64,000 nucleotides of DNA from Actinomycetes bacterium (GTDB lineage Bacteria; Actinomycetota; CALGFH01). The position numbers and the translations under genes are program-made. This document shows, in pieces, positions 1 to 8,933 of the stretch (its first letter is position 1; the number at the start of each line of letters is the position of its first letter). The DNA lies in NCBI GenBank assembly GCA_035263405.1, contig DATFRI010000074.1, positions 9,824-73,823 on the forward strand, read 5' to 3'. The notes under the pieces are model-generated. The model made no database searches and was not told the origin of the DNA. It saw nothing but the letters and a program-made list of their open reading frames with translations.

Positions 1-1478
1 GCGAGCTGGTCGAGGAAGGAGTCCACCTCGCGCCGGTCGTACCCGCGCATGGCGGTGTCGAACTGCTGCTGCTCGATGTCGGCGGGCGTGAGCAGCGGCG
101 TCTTCTGCAGCGTCGCGCTGCGCGGCCGCCGCTGGTCGTCGCCGAGCGGGTGACCGACCAGCCTGCGCAGGTGGTCGCGCCGGTCGATGGCGGCGGCGTA
201 GCTCGCGGTCACCTCGTCGAGGAACGCGTCGATCTGCGCCACCGCATAGCCGCCGGGCACCTTGCTGAACTCCTGCTGCTCGATGTCCAGCGGCGTGAGC
301 CGGACCGCGGCGGCGGGGTCCTGCCGCCCGGCGCCGGCGGCCACCCTGGCCGCGACGCGCTCGAACCCGAACTGCTCGATGAGCTGCTCCAGGTCCTCGG
401 CGAGCTCGTCGAGGAACGTGTCGACCTGGAGCTGCGCGTAGCTGCTGAGGCTCCTGCCGAACCGGGTGTGGCGGATCTCCTGCAGGAGCTGCAGCGCGTG
501 CGGCTGCGATTCCCACACCGCGGCGGGTCCGGCCATGACCGAGCGGTGGAGCTGGTCGAGGCGCTCGGCCACCGTGTCGAGGAAGGCGTCCACCTCGTGC
601 ACCGCGTACCCGAGCATCGCGCGGCCGAACTGCATGTGCTGGACGTCCGCGGCGGTGATGCGCGGGACCCAGTCGGGGCGAACCGGCTCCACGGGGACCT
701 GCCCGCCGGTCGTGGCGGGGTCGGCCACGGCCACCGGCGGCCAGCCGGCGGGCGCGTACGGCTCCGCGGGTGGCATCGCCGGCACCGGGGTTGCGGCCGG
801 TGCGTACGCGGGCGGCGCGGCGGCGGGCCAGCCGGCGCCGGGCGGATAGGCCGGGGAGCCAGGATGGAACGGCAGCTGCATGCCCGCTCCGGTCGCGGCC
901 GGATCGGGATGCGCCGCGGGCCACTCGAGGGCCGCGGCGCCGGGGAACGGCACCTGCTCCGCGTGGCCCCCGCCGGTCTGGGGCGCGGCGGGCACGGGCT
1001 CCAGGTCCGAGGAGGTGTCGAACCACGGCTCCGCCGACTGCTGCTGCGGGTCGGGCGGCAGACCGGCGGCGGGAGCCCCCCCGGGCCAGGGCTGCTCGGG
1101 CCAGGGCTGCTCGGGCCAGGGCTGGTAGCTCTGGTCGGGCGGTGGCGGCGCGTCCCCCCAGGGCCGGTAGGCCGCGTCGGTCAGCGGTGGTGGCGGCGAT
1201 CCGCCGGGCCAGGACGGATGCCCCGGGTCCGACAGCGGCGACGACGGGTCCGGCCACGCGGGCTGCGGCGGGTGCAGGGGGTCCGGCCGGGCCGCCGCGT
1301 CCGGGCCGAGCTCCCACAAGGAGGGGCGCTGTGGGGGCGGGAGCGTTCTGGGCTCCTCGGCCCACTCCCGCACCAGGGGGATCTCCGGCAGCGGTGCGGC
1401 GCCCTCTCCCGAGAGGCTCTGCCAGGGATCAAACGGGTCATAGCCGGAGCTGCTGGGGCTACTCCTCGTGTCGGTCAC
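1..1478 (-). CDS. DivIVA-domain repeat protein (C-terminus off window). The N-terminus is Pro/Trp-rich with QPWPE repeats. Four tandem DivIVA N-terminal domains follow, each with the motif F...GY..EVD.FLD.
   Basis: Minus-strand frame translated by hand. It starts at a GTG at 1476-1478, directly after an in-frame stop at 1488-1490. The repeats are ITAADVQHMQFGRAMLGYAVHEVDAFLD, IRHTRFGRSLSSYAQLQVDTFLD, LDIEQQEFSKVPGGYAVAQIDAFLD and ADIEQQQFDTAMRGYDRREVDSFLD. It is absent from the ORF track because it runs off the window edge. Confidence 0.75.
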   Translation of the reverse strand, partial: MTDTRSSPSSSGYDPFDPWQSLSGEGAAPLPEIPLVREWAEEPRTLPPPQRPSLWELGPDAAARPDPLHPPQPAWPDPSSPLSDPGHPSWPGGSPPPPLTDAAYRPWGDAPPPPDQSYQPWPEQPWPEQPWPGGAPAAGLPPDPQQQSAEPWFDTSSDLEPVPAAPQTGGGHAEQVPFPGAAALEWPAAHPDPAATGAGMQLPFHPGSPAYPPGAGWPAAAPPAYAPAATPVPAMPPAEPYAPAGWPPVAVADPATTGGQVPVEPVRPDWVPRITAADVQHMQFGRAMLGYAVHEVDAFLDTVAERLDQLHRSVMAGPAAVWESQPHALQLLQEIRHTRFGRSLSSYAQLQVDTFLDELAEDLEQLIEQFGFERVAARVAAGAGRQDPAAAVRLTPLDIEQQEFSKVPGGYAVAQIDAFLDEVTASYAAAIDRRDHLRRLVGHPLGDDQRRPRSATLQKTPLLTPADIEQQQFDTAMRGYDRREVDSFLDQL

Positions 1479-1846
1479 GCCTGTCGCTCACCCCTTCTCC
1501 CGAGGGTGCGGCCGGGCCGGGTCGCACCATGGGGGCACACCGCAGGCCTCCAGCGATGGCGAGCGCCTGGGCAGCCGCAGCGAACACACTCGCCTGTCGC
1601 GAGCATCGTCAACCACGCGCTGGGGGAGCCGCATGGGGCAGAACAGTCGAACCTGCGATGAACCTGGATGGCGGGGATGGGGGTCCCCACGGGACCAACT
1701 GTACTCCGCCCCGTCGGCAAGTCAATTCCGGGACAACTCTCACGAGGACGTCCCCCGCATCCGCCGTCCGCTCCCCCGCGCATCCGGACGCCGGGCCGCG
1801 CGGGGGTGTTAGCCACGCGTTACCGCCGGCGGCGACGCTCACCCGC

Positions 1847-1900
1847 GCAGGACGACGGACGCAGGACGACGGACGCAGGACGACGGACAACGGACGACCG
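1847..1900. repeat. Intergenic 14-nt tandem repeat (GCAGGACGACGGAC x3, then degenerate copies) upstream of the L,D-transpeptidase gene
   Basis: Exact copies at 1847-1860, 1861-1874 and 1875-1888. Degenerate units (CAACGGACGACCGAC, GGCAGGACCACGGAC, ...) follow to about 1930. Confidence 0.7.
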
Positions 1901-1967
1901 ACGGCAGGACCACGGACATCCGACCGCAGGACGGCGGACGGTCGACGCGAAGGGGGGCCCGGCAACC

Positions 1968-2810
1968 GTGACGGCGAGGCTGCCGGCTGCGACGCGGACG
2001 CCCAGGCCCCGACGGGAGACGGGGACGTCCGGGTGCCCGCCGGCGGCACGGTCGCTCGGCCTCGCGCTGGCGCTCGCGCTCGCAGGCAGCGGCTGCGCCG
2101 ACCGCAGGGACCCGCCGAGGACGGCCGAGGTCCCCGCGCCGGTCCCCCGGCACACGGTCCCGGTGGCCGCCGGGGACGCCAGCGTCCCCACCCCGCCGCC
2201 GGGACCGGCGGCGGCGCTGGCCAGGACGGACGTGAGCGCGTTCGCGCAGCCCGGGGGCAAGGGCAGGGAGCTGTTCTTCCCCGCACGGCAGCCGTGGGGC
2301 GAGCCGACGGTGTTCCTCGTCCGCGGGCGGCGGCGCGACCCGGCCGGCGCCACCTGGTACCGGGTCCTGCTGCCGCACCGGCCCAACGGGCTGTCGGGCT
2401 GGGTCCGCGGGGACCAGGTGCGCGTGGAGCCGCGCGCGCACCGGGTGGAGATTGATCTTGGCGAGCGGCGCCTCACCCTGCTGCGAGACGACCGGCCGCT
2501 CGCCACCTGGCCGGTCGGGATCGGGAAACCGGGCACACCGACCCCGACCGGCCACTTCTTCGTCACGACCCGCCTGCGGCCACCGCGGATCGCGCGGGTG
2601 TTCGGCGCCTGGGCGCTCGGGCTGTCCGCCTACTCGCGCGAGCTGGACCAGTTCGGCACCGGCGACGGGCAGATCGCGCTGCACGGCACCGAGCAGGCGG
2701 CGGCGCTCGGCCACGCGGTCTCCAACGGCTGCGTGCGGCTGGACAACCGGGCGATCTCGACCCTGGCGGCGTCGCTGTCGCTGGGGTCGCCGGTGACGAT
2801 CCACTCCTGA
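1968..2810 (+). CDS. L,D-transpeptidase (YkuD-domain) lipoprotein
   Basis: The C-terminus carries the catalytic motif HGT...SNGCVRL. The N-terminus has the lipobox LALALAGSGC after a basic n-region. The proposed GTG start at 1968 is in the frame of ORF 1668..2810. The upstream part of that ORF is Arg-rich junk. Confidence 0.75.
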   Translation: MTARLPAATRTPRPRRETGTSGCPPAARSLGLALALALAGSGCADRRDPPRTAEVPAPVPRHTVPVAAGDASVPTPPPGPAAALARTDVSAFAQPGGKGRELFFPARQPWGEPTVFLVRGRRRDPAGATWYRVLLPHRPNGLSGWVRGDQVRVEPRAHRVEIDLGERRLTLLRDDRPLATWPVGIGKPGTPTPTGHFFVTTRLRPPRIARVFGAWALGLSAYSRELDQFGTGDGQIALHGTEQAAALGHAVSNGCVRLDNRAISTLAASLSLGSPVTIHS

Positions 2811-3075
2811 CGCACCGGCCCGGCCGACCCCGCCGCCGTTTCGTCGCCGGTCCGCGGCGTGTGCTGGTCCTGCTGTGGCCAAGCGGGTGACCAACCCGCC
2901 GACGGGACGGACCGCGGCGCCCTCCCCGGCTGCGACCGCGCCGTCCGGCCCGCGGTCGCCGCCTCGCCTCCTTGGTGTGATCGGCACGCTGCTGCGAGGA
3001 TGGCAGGCGAGCGCACCCTGGCGCGTGACAGTCCGACGCCGTGACGACCGGCGGATACGAGGCGAGGACGGCCCG

Positions 3076-3942
3076 ATGACCACCTCGGGGTCCGGTGAGC
3101 GACGGCGGCCGGCTCCGGGCTGGTATCCGGACCCGGCCGGACACTCGGAGCTGCGATGGTGGAGCGGGTCACGCTGGACCGGCGAGGTGGTCAGGCAGGG
3201 CCGGCGGGAGCGCGACCCGCCACCGGACGCGCCGGCCGGCCGCGGCGGGCCGCCGCCGGCCGCCGGGCCCGCCGCGGCCGGCCGGCCGGCGCCCGATCCC
3301 AGGCCCGCGCGGGGCCTCGGGCTGACGACCGGCCGCTGGACGGTCCCCGGGCGGGTCGGCCTGCGGTCCTCCCCCGCCGGCGGCACCCCCACGCTCCCGC
3401 TGCGCACGCGCCTGCTGCAGGTCGGCGGCGTGTTCGCGGTCATCCTGACCGTGGTGCTCGGTGGCGTGGTCTCCAGCGCGATCGTCACCCGGGCGTCGGC
3501 CGGCCCGCCGATCCGGGTCGCGACCGACGTCCGGATCCAGCCCCTGTCGGGCTGGCGGCAGGCGCGCTCGGAGCCCGGCGGCATCCTGCTGACCAGGGGG
3601 AGCGCGAACCTCGCGGTGACCGCGAGCGAAGGCGTCTCCGACCCCGCCGAGCTGGCCGAGCAGTACCTGGCACGCCAGATCAGGGCCGGGGCGGTCGGGC
3701 CGCTCGTGGTCAGCGGGATCGAGGCGGTCCACGTCCGCTCCGGCCTGCCCGGCGAGCGGTTCAAGTACGAGGGTGACTTCGGCGAGGGCGGCCGCACCGC
3801 GCGGGTGCGCGGCGAGGTGACCGCCGTCGCCGTGCCCGACGGGACCGGCGCGGTCTTCGACGCCTGGTCGTCCCCGCCGGAGGTCTTCAGCTACCAGGAG
3901 GGCGACGTCCACCGCATGATCCAGACCGCGGAGCTGCGCTGA
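3076..3942 (+). CDS. DUF2510-domain membrane protein (GWYPDP...RWWDG..WT motif, then one TM helix)
   Basis: MTTSGSGERRRPAPGWYPDPAGHSELRWWSGSRWTGE begins at the ATG at 3076. There is a TM segment LLQVGGVFAVILTVVLGGVV. The stop TGA overlaps the ATG of the next gene (ATGA). Confidence 0.7.
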   Translation: MTTSGSGERRRPAPGWYPDPAGHSELRWWSGSRWTGEVVRQGRRERDPPPDAPAGRGGPPPAAGPAAAGRPAPDPRPARGLGLTTGRWTVPGRVGLRSSPAGGTPTLPLRTRLLQVGGVFAVILTVVLGGVVSSAIVTRASAGPPIRVATDVRIQPLSGWRQARSEPGGILLTRGSANLAVTASEGVSDPAELAEQYLARQIRAGAVGPLVVSGIEAVHVRSGLPGERFKYEGDFGEGGRTARVRGEVTAVAVPDGTGAVFDAWSSPPEVFSYQEGDVHRMIQTAELR

Positions 3943-5219
3943 TGGCGGGCGGCGCGAGCAGGCCGGGGCCGGTCACCAGGGGGCTGCGCCTGCCCGCCCG
4001 GGGCCCGAAGATGTCGCTGTTCCAGCCCACCGAGCCAGCGTTCTACGGCTACCTGCTGCTCCTGGTGGTGACCGGGATCCTCACCGCGATGCAGCAGGGG
4101 GCGCTGCTGGTCAGCTCCCCGGCGAGCTGGCTGCTGTCCTGGCTGCTGCTGCTGTTCTACCTGCTGCCGATGTTCCTGGTCATCTACTTCCTCGACTTCT
4201 ACGAGCGGGAGCCGCTGTCGCTGGTGATCGGGGCGCTGCTGTGGGGCGCGGTGGCGGCCACGCTGCTGTCGGCGGTGGCGAACACGACCTGGGGCGCGGT
4301 GATCGCCAGGCTCGGCGGGCCCGACTTCGCCGCGAACTGGTCGGCGGCACTCACCGCCCCGCTCATCGAGGAGACCATGAAGGCGACCGGCGTGGTGCTG
4401 ATCTACCTGATCGCCCGCCGCGAGCTGAACGACATCATGGACGGCTTCGTGTACGGGGCGATGATCGGGCTGGGGTTCGCGGTCGTCGAGGACGTCTACT
4501 ACTTCGTCGCCGAGTTCGCCGGCGGCGTGGGCGGGGTGCTGGTGGGGTTCTTCGTCCGGGTGATCGCGGCCGGCCTGTACGGGCACGTGCTGTACACGGG
4601 GCTGGCGGGGATCGGGATCGCCTACTTCCTCACGCGCGCGAAGGAGGCCGGCCTCGGGCGCCGCCTGCTGGTGGCCGCCGGCCTGTGCCTCACGGCGGTG
4701 CTCGCGCACTTCCTGTGGAACTCCCCGGTGCTCAGCCAGCTCTTCCCGGGGCCACAGACGCCGCCGCTGGCGGCGCTGGTGCAGTTCCCGGTCGCGATGG
4801 CGGTCAAGGGCCTGCCGTTCCTGGTGTTCCTGGCGCTGATGCTGCGCCTGGCCCACCGGCGGGAGCTGTACTGGCTCAAGAAGAGCATCGAGACCGAGCT
4901 GGGGGGTCCCGGGCTGTACCCCGGCGAGCTGGAGGTGCTGGTCGACCCCGGGCGCCGGCGGGCCTCCCGCCGGCAGATGCGCGGCAGCCACGGGCCGGTC
5001 GCCGCCACGCTGCTCAAGCGCGTCCAGCGCGAGCAGATCAAGCTCGCGATGATCCGCACGCGGGTGGGCACGCAGGACCACCCCGACCTGGCCCGCCAGC
5101 GCGGGGTCATCCAGAGGCTGCGGGACCAGCTCGCCGTGGCCGTCTCCCCCCGCCCGCCGGTCTGGCCGGGCGCGCAGCAGCCGCCGTGGTGGCCGGGGGA
5201 CCAGCCGCCGCGCCGGTGA
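3942..5219 (+). CDS. PrsW-family intramembrane protease
   Basis: Polytopic membrane protein with the motifs IEETMK, FAVVEDVYYF and HFLWNSP. These are the EExxK / FxxxE / H motifs of the PrsW family. Its start is coupled to the upstream gene. Confidence 0.8.
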   Translation: MAGGASRPGPVTRGLRLPARGPKMSLFQPTEPAFYGYLLLLVVTGILTAMQQGALLVSSPASWLLSWLLLLFYLLPMFLVIYFLDFYEREPLSLVIGALLWGAVAATLLSAVANTTWGAVIARLGGPDFAANWSAALTAPLIEETMKATGVVLIYLIARRELNDIMDGFVYGAMIGLGFAVVEDVYYFVAEFAGGVGGVLVGFFVRVIAAGLYGHVLYTGLAGIGIAYFLTRAKEAGLGRRLLVAAGLCLTAVLAHFLWNSPVLSQLFPGPQTPPLAALVQFPVAMAVKGLPFLVFLALMLRLAHRRELYWLKKSIETELGGPGLYPGELEVLVDPGRRRASRRQMRGSHGPVAATLLKRVQREQIKLAMIRTRVGTQDHPDLARQRGVIQRLRDQLAVAVSPRPPVWPGAQQPPWWPGDQPPRR

Positions 5220-5259
5220 GACCCCTGCCGCGGCACCCGGCGTCGAGGGCGTCGGGCGG

Positions 5260-5502
5260 TCAGGCCCAGGCCAGGTGCGTGAGCAGCACGGTGCCGCGCT
5301 CGACCACGACGGTGTAGCCGAGGTAGCCGTGCCCTCCAGGGAACATGGCCAGCCGGTAGGCCTCGCCGATCGCGTAGGTCTCGAAGGCGACGGTGCTGGC
5401 GTACGGGTCGACGCGCAGGACGGAGACGACACCGGCGAGATACCCGCGCAGCGGCGGGGGGGCACCGCGGAGACGTTCCCTGAGTAGACGGCTGACGAGC
5501 AC
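5260..5502 (-). CDS. Small hypothetical protein (~80 aa) in a locally lower-GC patch. Possible toxin-like partner of a 2-gene cassette.
   Basis: High GC3 codon usage supports real coding. The GTG at 5500-5502 lies 1 nt after the stop of a 51-aa upstream ORF (5505..5658, minus). I could not identify a family. Confidence 0.35.
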   Translation of the reverse strand: MLVSRLLRERLRGAPPPLRGYLAGVVSVLRVDPYASTVAFETYAIGEAYRLAMFPGGHGYLGYTVVVERGTVLLTHLAWA

Positions 5503-5504
5503 CC

Positions 5505-5658
5505 TATAGGGGATGACCGTTGCCGGCGTCCTCCCAGGGAACGAATGCAGACTCGTCACCACGGCGCACACGCTCCGCGTACTCACGCGCCTCGGCTGCC
5601 TGCTCAGGCGTCGGGAACGGCGGGGAGGTAGAGATTTGCTCGCTCACCTGCACAGGCT
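5505..5658 (-). CDS. Small ORF (~51 aa) upstream of and abutting the 5260..5502 gene. Possible antitoxin-like partner.
   Basis: Hand translation gives VQVSEQISTSPPFPTPEQAAEAREYAERVRRGDESAFVPWEDAGNGHPL. It is bounded by an upstream in-frame stop. Mixed GC3 makes coding status uncertain. Confidence 0.2.
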
Positions 5659-5704
5659 ACTCGCTGTCCAGGCACATGTCACCCCGCACGATCCGGCGGC
5701 GGGC

Positions 5705-5953
5705 TCAGCCCTGATCGGTCTCCCTGTCGATCTCCTTGGCCGCGGTGAGGAGCGCCCCGATCGCGCGCTGCAGCGCGACCGGGACCGGCTGGTGGTCCTG
5801 CTCCAGGCAGCGCCGGAGCAGCTCGGCGCGCGCCGCGAGCTGGAAGACCTCGCGGGCCGAGGTCTGCTCGCTGGCGGCGATGGCGTGGAACTCCCCTGCC
5901 GCCGCGTTGGAGCGGCGTGCGTACCGGCAGATCACGTGGGCTGGCACGGGCAC
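5705..5953 (-). CDS. Hypothetical small protein (82 aa)
   Basis: ATG-initiated ORF with high GC3 and a protein-like composition (MPVPAHVICRYARRSNAAAGEFHAIAASEQ...). No recognisable domain. Confidence 0.4.
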   Translation of the reverse strand: MPVPAHVICRYARRSNAAAGEFHAIAASEQTSAREVFQLAARAELLRRCLEQDHQPVPVALQRAIGALLTAAKEIDRETDQG

Positions 5954-6090
5954 GTGGCACCATCCTCGATCGAACCGTCGGCCACCGTCGATCAGGCTGT
6001 CGTCAAGCTAGGCGCCGGGCGGACCGGCTCGGTTACGGGACGTGGGACATCTAGTACGGACCGTGCCGCAAACCGACCGGTTCGAGCGGG

Positions 6091-8034
6091 TCAGCCGGTC
6101 GCCGCGACACGGACGGTCTCGCCCTCCCCGCCGCCCGCGATCCCCGCGGGCGGCGCGCCGGCGGGCACCATCGGGCCGCCGCCCGACGGGTCGAGGACCC
6201 CGCCCTCGGCCCACCGGTACGCGCCCGACAGCACCCGCTGCGCCGCGGCGTAGTTGCCGGCGTCGTCGTTGGACCACAGGTCGGTGAACAGCCGCTCGAC
6301 CCTGCGCCGCGACCCGCGGCAGAACAGGTCGGCCAGCTCGGCGGCGGCCGCGGCCTCGGGCGCGCCGTCGGCGGCGAGCATCCGGGCCCGCACGCAGGCG
6401 GCGCTGATCGCGAACAGCTCCGCGCCGATGTCGACGATCCGGCCGAGGAATCCCTGCTTGCGCTCCAGCCGGCCCTGCCAGCGCGCCATGCCGTAGAAGG
6501 TGGAGCGGGCGAGCCGGCGGCTGGAGCGCTCGACGAAGCGCAGGTGCCTGGCGAGCATGCCGAACTCGTCGTAGCTCGCCGGCACCTGACCCTTGCCCAC
6601 CGCGAGCCGGGGCAGCCAGCGCGCGTAGAAGCCGGCCGCGGTCGCGGCGCTGCGCGCCTTGCCCGCGAGCCTGACCCGGGGGTCGATGATCCCGCCCGCG
6701 ACGGCGAGGTGCTGGTCGACCGCCTCGCGGGCGATGAACAGCCGCATGATCTCGCTGGACCCCTCGAAGATGCGGTTGATGCGCAGGTCCCGCAGGAGCT
6801 GCTCGGCGCCGACCGGCCGCTCGCCGCGCGCCTTGAGCGACTCGGCGGTCTCGAATCCGCGCCCACCGCGCAGCTGCACCAGCTCGTCCGCGACCAGGCA
6901 GGCCATCTCCGACGCGAACAGCTTGGCGAGCGCGGCCTCGATGCGGATGTCGTTGCGCTCGTCGTCGGCGAGCCCGGCGGCCAGCTCGACCATCGCCTCC
7001 ATCCCGAAGGCCATCCCGGCGATGAAGGCGACCTTGTGCGCGATCGCCTCGTGCTTGCCGATCGGCCGGCCCCACTGGACGCGCTCGTTGCACCACTCGC
7101 GCGAGATCTTGAGCGCCCACTTGCCCGCCGCCGCGCAGATCGCCGGGATCGAGATCCGCCCGGTGTTGAGCGTCTGCAGCGCGATCTTCAGGCCGCGGCC
7201 CTCGCCGGCGAGGAGGTTCTCGGCCGGGACGCGTACGTCCCGGAAGACCGTCACGCCGTTCTCGATCCCACGCAGCCCCATGAACGCGTTGCGGTGGGTC
7301 ACGGTGATCCCGGGCGAGTCAGCCTCGACGATGAACGCGCTGATGCCGCCGCGGTGCCCCTCGCTCCTGGGCACGACGGCCATGACCACCAGCAGGTCGG
7401 CGACGACCCCGTTGGTCGTCCACAGCTTGGAGCCGTTGAGGACGTACGCCGAGCCGTCGGGCGTGGGGACCGCGGAGGTGCGCATCCGCGCCGGGTCGCT
7501 GCCGACGTCCGGCTCGGTGAGCAGGAAGGCGCTGATCTCGTCGGAGGCCACCCGCGGCAGGAAGTGCCGCTTCTGCTCCTCGCTGCCGAACAGCCGCAGC
7601 GGCTCGGGCACGCCGATCGACTGGTGGGCGCTGAGCAGCACGCCGAGGGAGGAGTGCGCGCTGGAGGCGAGCGCGAGCGCGCGGTTGTAGTACAGCTGCG
7701 ACAGCCCGAGGCCCCCGTAGCGCTCCTCGACCTTGATCCCGAGCGCGCCCAGCCGGGCCAGCCCCTGGACCACGGCGTCGGGGATCTTGGCCTCGCGCTC
7801 GATCAGCAGCGGGTCGACGGCGTCGCGCAGGAACGCCTCCAGCCTGGCCAGGAAGGCCTCGCCCTTGCGCCGGTCCTCCTCGGTCGGGCGGGGGTGCGGG
7901 TGGATGAGGTCGATCCGGAAGCGGCCGAGGAACAGCTCCTTGCCGAAGCTCGGCCGGCGCCACTCCTGCTCGCGTGCGGCCTCGGCGACCTTGCGGGACT
8001 GCTGCTCGCTGACGGCGTGTTCGGTGTCTGTCAC
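6091..8034 (-). CDS. Acyl-CoA dehydrogenase family protein (long ~640-aa form)
   Basis: 647-aa ORF carrying the acyl-CoA dehydrogenase N-terminal, middle and C-terminal domain signatures (LTEPDVGSDPA, VLNGSKLWTTNG, IFEGSSEIMRLFIAREA) plus a C-terminal extension. Confidence 0.9.
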   Translation of the reverse strand: MTDTEHAVSEQQSRKVAEAAREQEWRRPSFGKELFLGRFRIDLIHPHPRPTEEDRRKGEAFLARLEAFLRDAVDPLLIEREAKIPDAVVQGLARLGALGIKVEERYGGLGLSQLYYNRALALASSAHSSLGVLLSAHQSIGVPEPLRLFGSEEQKRHFLPRVASDEISAFLLTEPDVGSDPARMRTSAVPTPDGSAYVLNGSKLWTTNGVVADLLVVMAVVPRSEGHRGGISAFIVEADSPGITVTHRNAFMGLRGIENGVTVFRDVRVPAENLLAGEGRGLKIALQTLNTGRISIPAICAAAGKWALKISREWCNERVQWGRPIGKHEAIAHKVAFIAGMAFGMEAMVELAAGLADDERNDIRIEAALAKLFASEMACLVADELVQLRGGRGFETAESLKARGERPVGAEQLLRDLRINRIFEGSSEIMRLFIAREAVDQHLAVAGGIIDPRVRLAGKARSAATAAGFYARWLPRLAVGKGQVPASYDEFGMLARHLRFVERSSRRLARSTFYGMARWQGRLERKQGFLGRIVDIGAELFAISAACVRARMLAADGAPEAAAAAELADLFCRGSRRRVERLFTDLWSNDDAGNYAAAQRVLSGAYRWAEGGVLDPSGGGPMVPAGAPPAGIAGGGEGETVRVAATG

Positions 8035-8440
8035 GGCTGCGCCTTTGCTGTCGTCCGCCGAACGGGATCGCGGGCACTCTGCTCACGATGATAGCCACCG
8101 TCATCGTCCGCGGAAGCCCCCGACCAGCGCGCGCCGGCCGCGACCGGTGACGGGGTGATGGGGGGCGCTCGGCCGCGGCGGGTAGCGCGGACGAGGGCGC
8201 CCGCGCCGTTGCGGGCACCCAGGTCCGGCGTCTGTCCCCCCAACGTGCCGCCGGGTGGACAGCGACCCTGCTGCCCGGATCCGAGGCGATCAGCCTCACC
8301 GCGCGCCTCGTGGAGCGGTCGCGCCTGCCGATGGTTCAACCGGGCAGCGGGAACCAGGATCGGCTCTCTACGTATCAGACGTAGCAGAGGAGGTCAATAC
8401 GTACTGGTTGGGTATCCGTGCGCCGCCGCGGGGCGGGCGC

Positions 8441-8731
8441 CTACAGGCTGAGCAGGGAGTTCGACCCTCCCAGGCCGTTGGGCACCATGCCGTCCGCCGC
8501 CTCGTCGTCGTACCAGCGGCCGTCCTTCGTCAGGTAGCGGAAGGCGTACTGGCGACCCGGCTCCAGGACCACGCTGGCGCTGCGGACGCCGCCCGCCCGG
8601 CGGCGCAGCGGCAACGCGCCGGGATCCCAGCCGTTGAACTCGCCGACGACCGACACCGGTCCGGGCACCTGTGCCTCGGGCAGGACGAACTGGACGCGCA
8701 CACCGCTCTTTACCCGTGACCGCTTGATCAT
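8441..8731 (-). CDS. Isoamylase early-set / CBM48-like domain mini-protein
   Basis: MIKRSRVKSGVRVQFVLPEAQVPGPVSVVGEFNGWDPGALPLRRR...YAFRYLTKDGRWYDDEAADGMVPNGLGGSNSLL matches the stand-alone ~95-aa CBM48-like proteins common in actinobacteria. The proposed start is the internal ATG at 8731. Confidence 0.8.
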   Translation of the reverse strand: MIKRSRVKSGVRVQFVLPEAQVPGPVSVVGEFNGWDPGALPLRRRAGGVRSASVVLEPGRQYAFRYLTKDGRWYDDEAADGMVPNGLGGSNSLLSL

Positions 8732-8933
8732 GTTCCCGCTCCTTGGTTCCCGCTCCTTGCCGCTCCTCGCCCTGCTCACCGCTCGGCGGTCCGGCGCCGA
8801 GGTTCGATCGGCCGGCGGTCCGCCCCGCAGGGACCGGCCATGAGCTTAGCGGCGCCGGCCGCGGGCTTCAGCCCCTGATCCGCGCCGATCGCCCTGGCTG
8901 GCGCGGCCGGCGAGCGGCGCGCAGACTGTCCCG

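Noticed and set aside
770-2455. 561-aa plus-strand ORF (and the 150..1661 ORF of 503 aa) overlapping the DivIVA-repeat gene and intergenic DNA
   Set aside because: Arg/Ala/Pro/Gly-dominated translation with no motifs. It lies antisense or out of frame to a gene with clear domain repeats. This is a typical high-GC shadow ORF.
1839-3797. 652-aa minus-strand ORF spanning the Ldt and DUF2510 genes
   Set aside because: Low-complexity Arg/Pro-rich translation antisense to two genes with recognisable catalytic / domain motifs.
3891-5465. 524-aa minus-strand ORF antisense to PrsW
   Set aside because: Composition is Pro/Arg/Gln/His-rich with no hydrophobic structure. PrsW motifs on the plus strand are unambiguous.
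8368-8384. Palindrome CTACGT-ATCAG-ACGTAG in a lower-GC patch between the CBM48-like gene and the acyl-CoA dehydrogenase gene
   Set aside because: A 6-bp stem is too short to call a terminator or operator with confidence. No partner regulator gene is adjacent. It may be coincidental.
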